A stretch of DNA of 64,000 nucleotides from an uncultured Deinococcaceae bacterium (GTDB taxonomy: Bacteria; Deinococcota; Deinococci; Deinococcales; Deinococcaceae), in contig CAXULY010000015.1 in NCBI GenBank assembly GCA_964252075.1, forward strand, positions 49,957 through 113,956, given 5' to 3'. Both the position numbers and the translations under genes were made by a program. Position 1 is the first letter of the stretch, and each line of letters begins with the position of its first letter. The notes below the pieces were generated by a model. That model ran no database searches. It saw only the letters and a list, made by a program, of their open reading frames with translations, and had not been told where the DNA came from. This document shows positions 58,730-64,000 of the stretch, piece by piece.

Positions 58730-59757
58730 TCGCGCACCTCCAGCGTGCGGGGCAGGCGGTCGTGGTGCACGCAGGCGCTCATGTGGCCCGGTGCGACCTC
58801 CACCAGGGGCGGTTCACTCCCCAGGCAGGCGTCCGTGACGTAACTGCAGCGCGGCGCGAAGGGGCAGCCGCGCGGCAGGGCGCGCAGGTTCGGCGGGGAG
58901 CCGGGAATAGGGTGCAGCGGCTCGCGGTGCGCACCGCCCGATGGGAGGCTCTGCAGCAGCCCGAGGGTGTAGGCGTGGCGGGGGTGCGTGAACAGTTCCC
59001 GCACGCCCGCCGTCTCCACCAGCCGCCCGCCGTACATGACGGCCACCCGGTCGCAGGTCTGCGCGACCACGCCGAGGTCGTGCGTCACGAGGATCATGCT
59101 CATGCCGAGGCGGTCGCGCAGGCCCAGCAGCAATCTCAGGATCTGGTCCTGGATGGTCACGTCGAGCGCGGTGGTGGGTTCGTCCGCGAGCAGCACGCGC
59201 GGCTCGGACGCCAGCGACGTGGCGATCATGGCGCGCTGCCGCATGCCGCCCGAGAACTGGTGCGGGTAATCGCGCAGCCGCGTGCGCGCCGCAGGAATGC
59301 CGACCAGATCCAGCAGTTCCGCCGCGCGGTCCTGCGCCGCTTTGCCGCGCAGGCCGCGGTGCGCGCTGAGGTTCTCGCCAATCTGCTCCCCGATGGTCAG
59401 CACGGGGTTCATGGCCGTCATGGGCTCCTGGAAGATCATGCCGATCTGCGCGCCGCGTAAAGAGGTGAGGCGTGATTCGGGCAGCGTGAGGATGTTCTGC
59501 CCGCCGTACATCACCTCGCCCGTCACCTGGATGGGTTTGCGGTGCAGCCTCGGCAGGGCGCGCAGCGTGACGCTCTTGCCGCTGCCGCTCTCACCCACCA
59601 GGCCCAGGATCTCGCCGGGTTGCAGGTCGAAGGTCACGCCGCGCACCGCGTGCAGCACGCCGCTCGCGGTGGGGATGCGGACGTTCAGGTCGCGGGCGCT
59701 CAGCACGGGATCGGTGCTGGGGGCGGGCACGGAGAAGGTTTCGGGGCTGGGCATCAT
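58726..59757 (-). CDS. Oligopeptide ABC ATP-binding protein (OppD/DppD-like)
   Basis: GESGSGKS, FSGGMRQR, DEPTTALD. Confidence 0.95.
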   Translation of the reverse strand: MMPSPETFSVPAPSTDPVLSARDLNVRIPTASGVLHAVRGVTFDLQPGEILGLVGESGSGKSVTLRALPRLHRKPIQVTGEVMYGGQNILTLPESRLTSLRGAQIGMIFQEPMTAMNPVLTIGEQIGENLSAHRGLRGKAAQDRAAELLDLVGIPAARTRLRDYPHQFSGGMRQRAMIATSLASEPRVLLADEPTTALDVTIQDQILRLLLGLRDRLGMSMILVTHDLGVVAQTCDRVAVMYGGRLVETAGVRELFTHPRHAYTLGLLQSLPSGGAHREPLHPIPGSPPNLRALPRGCPFAPRCSYVTDACLGSEPPLVEVAPGHMSACVHHDRLPRTLEVRE

Positions 59758-59782
59758 GCGCGGCCTCCCAGGTGAGTGGCGG

Positions 59783-60637
59783 TCATGCGCGGGGCCTCAG
59801 GGCGTCCGCGAGGCCGTCGCCGATCAGGCTGAAGGTCACGCCCGCCAGGGTGAGAGCGAGGCCGGGGAAGGTGGAGATCCACCACGCGGTCGCGAGGAAA
59901 TTCTTGCCGTCCGACACCATCACGCCCCACTCCGGGGTGGGCGGCTGCGCGCCCAGGCCCAAGTACCCCAGGGAGGCGCCCAGCAGGATGCCGAGGCTCA
60001 TGTCCGTCATGAGGTACACGATGGCGGGCGTCACGGCGTTTGGCAGGATGTGCCGCAGCAGCACGCGCGTGGGGCTGAAGCCCAGCACCTGCGCGGCCTG
60101 CGCGTACTCCGCGCGTTTCTGCGCCTGCACCTCGGCGCGCGTGAGGCGCCAGTAACTCACCCAGCCCACCGCGCTCACCGCGATGTACATGTTCGTGAGG
60201 CCCGGCCCCAGCACCGCCACGATCGCGATGACCAGGACCAGGAAGGGGAAGACCACCACGAGGTCCGCGACGCGGCCCACCACGGCGTCCGACCACTTGC
60301 CCAAGAAGCCCGTGAGGGCGCCCAGCAGCGAGCCGAACACGAAGGGGAAGGCGGTCGTGAAGATCGCGATCTGCAGGTCCACGCGTGTGCCGTACACCAC
60401 GCGCGAGAAGATGTCCCGCCCGAAGTTGTCCGTGCCGAACAGGTGCTTGAGGCTCGGCGGCTGCAGGATCGCCTGATAATCGAAGTCGGTGGGGCTGAAG
60501 GGCGCCAGCACGTGCGGGAACAGTGCGGCCATCACCAGAACGAGGAGCAGCACCAGCCCGATGAAGAGCGTGGGTTTCGGGAGGCGGCGTCGGCGCGGCG
60601 TGGCCAGCGCGGCGGCGGTGGGAACGGTGGTCGTCAT
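59783..60637 (-). CDS. Peptide ABC permease (OppC/DppC-like)
   Basis: HLFGTDNFGRD, RHILPN, LGLGAQPPTPEWG. Confidence 0.95.
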   Translation of the reverse strand: MTTTVPTAAALATPRRRRLPKPTLFIGLVLLLVLVMAALFPHVLAPFSPTDFDYQAILQPPSLKHLFGTDNFGRDIFSRVVYGTRVDLQIAIFTTAFPFVFGSLLGALTGFLGKWSDAVVGRVADLVVVFPFLVLVIAIVAVLGPGLTNMYIAVSAVGWVSYWRLTRAEVQAQKRAEYAQAAQVLGFSPTRVLLRHILPNAVTPAIVYLMTDMSLGILLGASLGYLGLGAQPPTPEWGVMVSDGKNFLATAWWISTFPGLALTLAGVTFSLIGDGLADALRPRA

Positions 60638-61572
60638 GCGTGTTCAATCCTGGGGTCGAGGCGCGCGTGAATCAGGTCCGTCGCGAGGAACACCAGCGAC
60701 ACCAGCAGCGCGAAGGTGAGGGTGAGGCCCTGAATGACGGGGTAATCGCGGCCGAAGATGGCGTCCACCATCAGGCGGCCCACGCCGGGAATCGCGAAGA
60801 CCGTCTCCGTGATGACCGCCCCGCCGATCAGCGCGCCGATGTTCAGGCCCAGCAAAGTCACGGTGGAGATCAGGGCGTTGCGCAGCACGTGCCGCGTGAG
60901 CACCAGGGTGCTCTTGATGCCCTTGGCGCGCGCGAATTCCACGTACTCGGCGGTCAGCACCTCGATCACGCTGGACCGCAGGGTGCGCAGCAGCACCGCC
61001 GCGAGGTTCAGGCCGAGCGTCAGGGCGGGCAGGAACAGGTGGTACAGGCGGTCCCCGAAGTTGTCGCCGTACCCGCCGATGGGGAACCACCCCAGGCGCG
61101 CGCCCAGCAGCGTGAGGAGCTGCAGGGCCACGTAGAAGACCGGCAGGGAGAGGCCCAGCTGGAACACCGCGCGGATCAGGTTGTCCAGCCACGAGTTCCG
61201 GTAGATCGCGGCGAGCGTCGCGAGCGGCACCGCGAGCAGCACCCCGATGACCGCCGCGTACACCGTGAGGAACAGCGTGATGGGCAGGCGCTCCGCGATG
61301 AGGCGCAGCACCGGCACCTTCAGGGTGAGGCTGTCGCCGAGGTTGCCGCGCAGGATGTTCTCCACGAACAGCCCGAACTGCACGAGGATGGGCTTGTCCA
61401 GCCCCAGTTCGCGGTTGGCGCGCGCCACGATCTCGTCGGTGGCGCGGTCGCCCAGCAGGGCGCTCACGGGGTCGCCGGGAATGAGGCGCACCAGCACGAA
61501 CACCAGCACCATCACCGCGAGGAACAGCGGGATGATCTGCAACAGGCGCTTCACGACGTAATTCCAGTGCAT
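60634..61572 (-). CDS. Peptide ABC permease (OppB/DppB-like)
   Basis: PGDP, LGLDKP, ARAKG, ETVFAIPGVG, LDPRI. Confidence 0.95.
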   Translation of the reverse strand: MHWNYVVKRLLQIIPLFLAVMVLVFVLVRLIPGDPVSALLGDRATDEIVARANRELGLDKPILVQFGLFVENILRGNLGDSLTLKVPVLRLIAERLPITLFLTVYAAVIGVLLAVPLATLAAIYRNSWLDNLIRAVFQLGLSLPVFYVALQLLTLLGARLGWFPIGGYGDNFGDRLYHLFLPALTLGLNLAAVLLRTLRSSVIEVLTAEYVEFARAKGIKSTLVLTRHVLRNALISTVTLLGLNIGALIGGAVITETVFAIPGVGRLMVDAIFGRDYPVIQGLTLTFALLVSLVFLATDLIHARLDPRIEHA

Positions 61573-61648
61573 GGTGGCCCTCCGAAGGGGGAAAGGGAGG
61601 CGGCGGGTGCCGCACGTTCGGGCACCCGCCGCCAGCGCCCCGTCAGGC

Positions 61649-63223
61649 TTACTTGTCGAGGTACGTGCGCTCGAAGATGTTGTAGCCCAGCGGAATCTGA
61701 ATGAAGCCCTTCACGTTCTTCGCGAGCGCCACGGGGTACGGCGTCTCGAAGAGGTAGATGGTGGGGGAGGCGTTCGCGTAGCGCGTCTGGATCTCGCGGT
61801 ACAGGCCCGCGCGCTTGATGCGGCTGGTCTCCTGCTGGCTCTGCGCGAACAGCTTCTCGATGGTGGGGTCCATGAAGCCAGTGTGCGCGGCGTCCGTGGC
61901 GCCCGCCACGGCGTAGTACCCGGTGATCTCGCTGGGGTCCGCGATGTCGTCCGTCCAGGCGCCTGTGCGCATCTGGAAGTCCGCGGCGCGGTAGCGGGCG
62001 GTCTTGGTGGCGGCGTCCACCTGCTCGATCTTCAGGCGCACGCCCACGGCGCCCCACATCTGCTGCAGGGCCGTGAGGAGCGCCTGGTCGTCGGCGCTGC
62101 CACTCGTGGCGAGGGCCGTCACGTCAATGCCGTTCTTGAAGCCCGCCGCGGCGAGCAGTGACTTGGCCTTGTTCGGGTCGTAGGTGAAGCCCTTCTGCGA
62201 CGAGTCGAACAGCGGCGTGGCGCTGGACATGAAGGACTTCATGGGTTTGCCGGTGCCGAAGGTCACGAGCTGGATGAGGGCGTCGCGGTTCACGGCGTAG
62301 TTCAGCGCCTGGCGCACGCGCTGGTCGCTCAGGGGGTTGGCGCTGCCGTCCTTGAGCTTCGGGCGGTTGTTCATGATGATGTCGTTCACCTTGGTGGACG
62401 GGAACAGCACCATGTTCAGCTTGGGGTTCGCCTTCAGTTCATTCACGCGCGACAGCGGAATGAACTCGGCGCCCTGGATCTGCCCGGCCTGGAGTTCCAG
62501 GATGCGGGTGTTGTCGTCCGGGATGATCTCGAAGCGCAGGGTGTCGAGGTACGGGAGGGCCTTGCCGTCCGCGCCCTTCTTCCAGTAGTAGGGGTTGCGC
62601 TTCAGGACCATGTAGCTGCCGCGCTTCCACTCGCTGAGCACGAAGGGGCCGCTGCCGATGGGCTTCTCCGCGAAGGCCTTGGCCTTGTCGGCGTCGGTCT
62701 TGCCCGCCGCGGCGTTAAAGAGCTTCTGCGGCATGATGGCCGAGTTGAAGGTCGCGAGCGCGGACGGCAGGGTGGGGTCCGGGTGCTTGAGGTTCAGCGT
62801 GATGGTGTTGCCCGAGGCGCTGACGCTCGCGATGCTCTCCAGCAGGCCGTTCCAGGCGCCGTTGTCGGGGTTGCGCGCGCGGTCCAGGGACCACTTCACG
62901 TCGGCGGCGGTGATGGCGCTGCCGTTCGCGAACTTGATGCCGGGGCGCAGCGTGAGCTTCATGCTCTTCTTGTCGGCCGCGACGGTGTAGCTGCTCGCGA
63001 GGCCCGGCTGAACGTTCTTGCCGTCGTCTGTGGGCTGCAGCAGCGTGTCGTACAGGTTCGTGAGGATCCAGATGTCGAGGTTCGCGTCGTTCAGGACGGG
63101 GTCCAGGAACAGCGAATCGGCGTAGCGGCCGTAGGTGAGCTGGCCGCCGCGCGTGACCGCCAGGGCTTGGCCGAGCGTGAAAGCGGTGGCAATGGCGAGG
63201 GTGACACGGGACAGTCGGTTCAT
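61649..63223 (-). CDS. Peptide ABC substrate-binding protein (family 5)
   Basis: Signal peptide, LDP, PIGSGPF, RNPYYW, VRQALNYAVNR. Confidence 0.93.
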   Translation of the reverse strand: MNRLSRVTLAIATAFTLGQALAVTRGGQLTYGRYADSLFLDPVLNDANLDIWILTNLYDTLLQPTDDGKNVQPGLASSYTVAADKKSMKLTLRPGIKFANGSAITAADVKWSLDRARNPDNGAWNGLLESIASVSASGNTITLNLKHPDPTLPSALATFNSAIMPQKLFNAAAGKTDADKAKAFAEKPIGSGPFVLSEWKRGSYMVLKRNPYYWKKGADGKALPYLDTLRFEIIPDDNTRILELQAGQIQGAEFIPLSRVNELKANPKLNMVLFPSTKVNDIIMNNRPKLKDGSANPLSDQRVRQALNYAVNRDALIQLVTFGTGKPMKSFMSSATPLFDSSQKGFTYDPNKAKSLLAAAGFKNGIDVTALATSGSADDQALLTALQQMWGAVGVRLKIEQVDAATKTARYRAADFQMRTGAWTDDIADPSEITGYYAVAGATDAAHTGFMDPTIEKLFAQSQQETSRIKRAGLYREIQTRYANASPTIYLFETPYPVALAKNVKGFIQIPLGYNIFERTYLDK

Positions 63224-63277
63224 AGGGACCTCCGGGGTACGGAACGGCAGTGGAACCACGAATCAACAAGCAGAAAC

Positions 63278-63317
63278 TGTTATGGAAGACCGTAACACTA
63301 TATCAAGGCTTGGTCAA
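63278..63317 (-). promoter_or_regulatory. Sigma70-type promoter of the peptide operon with overlapping palindromic operator
   Basis: Minus strand TTGACC (63317-63312)-N17-TACGGT with TG extension; palindrome TGTTATGG-AAGA-CCGTAACA at 63278-63297. Confidence 0.55.
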
Positions 63318-63358
63318 GGCCGCGCCAGTAGAGGCGACAGCTCATCTGGAATAAAAGC

Positions 63359-63391
63359 GCGTTGGGGGCAAGTTTTTCTTGCCCCCAACGC
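63359..63391 (-). terminator. Terminator after the M24 peptidase gene
   Basis: 14-bp stem GCGTTGGGGGCAAG/CTTGCCCCCAACGC followed by GCTTTTATT on the minus strand. Confidence 0.75.
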
Positions 63392-63441
63392 AGGATGGTG
63401 GTTGATGTCTTGCCCGAAGTGTCCTGTCTAGGCAGAACACC

Positions 63442-64000
63442 TCACGCGATCACCAGCGACGCAAGGTCACGCGGGTACAGGCTCAGGCGCTCGCTGCCCG
63501 TGTCCGTGACCAGCAGCGTGTCCGAGTGCCGGAAGCCCCCCAGACCCGGCACGTAGATGCCCGGCTCGATGGAGAAGATCATGCCCGGCTGAATGACGGT
63601 GTGGTCGTCCAGGTCCAGGAACGGGTGCTCGTGCCCCTCCATCCCGAAGGCGTGCCCGGTGTGGTGCCGCCAGAAGCCCCGCACGCCCGACGCCTCCATC
63701 ACCGCCTGCACCTCGCGCTCCACTTCCGAGCACGGGCGGCCCGGCCGGAGCGCCCCCATGCCGACGTCCTGCGCGTCCAGCATCGCCTGGAAGTACCGCG
63801 CCTGCTCGGCGGTCGGCTCGTCCACGAACATGGTGCGCTCCAGTTCGCTCTCGTAACCGCCCACCACGCCGTACGCGCCCGTCACGAGGGTGTCGCCGGG
63901 CTGCACGCCGCCCGCCTGGTGCAGGCCGTGCGGGTTCGCGGTGTTGTGCCCGCGGATGAACATGGTGTTCGCGGGCAGGCCCTCGCGCGCCTTCGGCACG
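63442..64000 (-). CDS. M24 (Xaa-Pro) peptidase, C-terminal part (5' end outside the window)
   Basis: HHTGHAFG...HEHP, FSIEPGIY, GFRHSD. Confidence 0.88.
   Translation of the reverse strand, partial: VPKAREGLPANTMFIRGHNTANPHGLHQAGGVQPGDTLVTGAYGVVGGYESELERTMFVDEPTAEQARYFQAMLDAQDVGMGALRPGRPCSEVEREVQAVMEASGVRGFWRHHTGHAFGMEGHEHPFLDLDDHTVIQPGMIFSIEPGIYVPGLGGFRHSDTLLVTDTGSERLSLYPRDLASLVIA

Overview
High-GC bacterial chromosomal DNA that looks like Deinococcus (Deinococcus-type L31, Dps1, DUF3248/DUF3809 genes, many apparently leaderless starts with a TAnnnT box 5-8 nt before the start codon). Housekeeping genes include prfC, rpmE, ilvA, alaS, dps, gcvT-gcvH-gcvP and a class A PBP. There are three ABC uptake loci: ugp-like glycerol-3-phosphate, a LacI-regulated sugar locus with a GH2 beta-mannosidase, and an Opp/Dpp-type peptide transporter heading a 14-gene catabolic operon rich in peptidases. 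The most striking feature is a ~2.1-kb AT-rich insert (about 37640-39705) bounded by two near-identical 35-bp hairpins. It encodes an ABC-type (AAA_15/AAA_21-like) ATPase and a TOPRIM-like DUF4276 protein, and the ATPase starts with a segment resembling the RecA N-terminal polymerisation motif. This is a candidate RecA- or recombinase-sensing defence/toxin module. Other candidates are a structured ~145-nt intergenic RNA complementary to the 16S rRNA 3' end, a convergent pair of catalytically degenerate serine-resolvase-like mini-proteins next to a receiver protein, a Zn-ribbon/HEPN-like protein, and a perfect 24-bp palindrome over the rpmE promoter. All family calls come from motif recognition by eye; no database searches were run.
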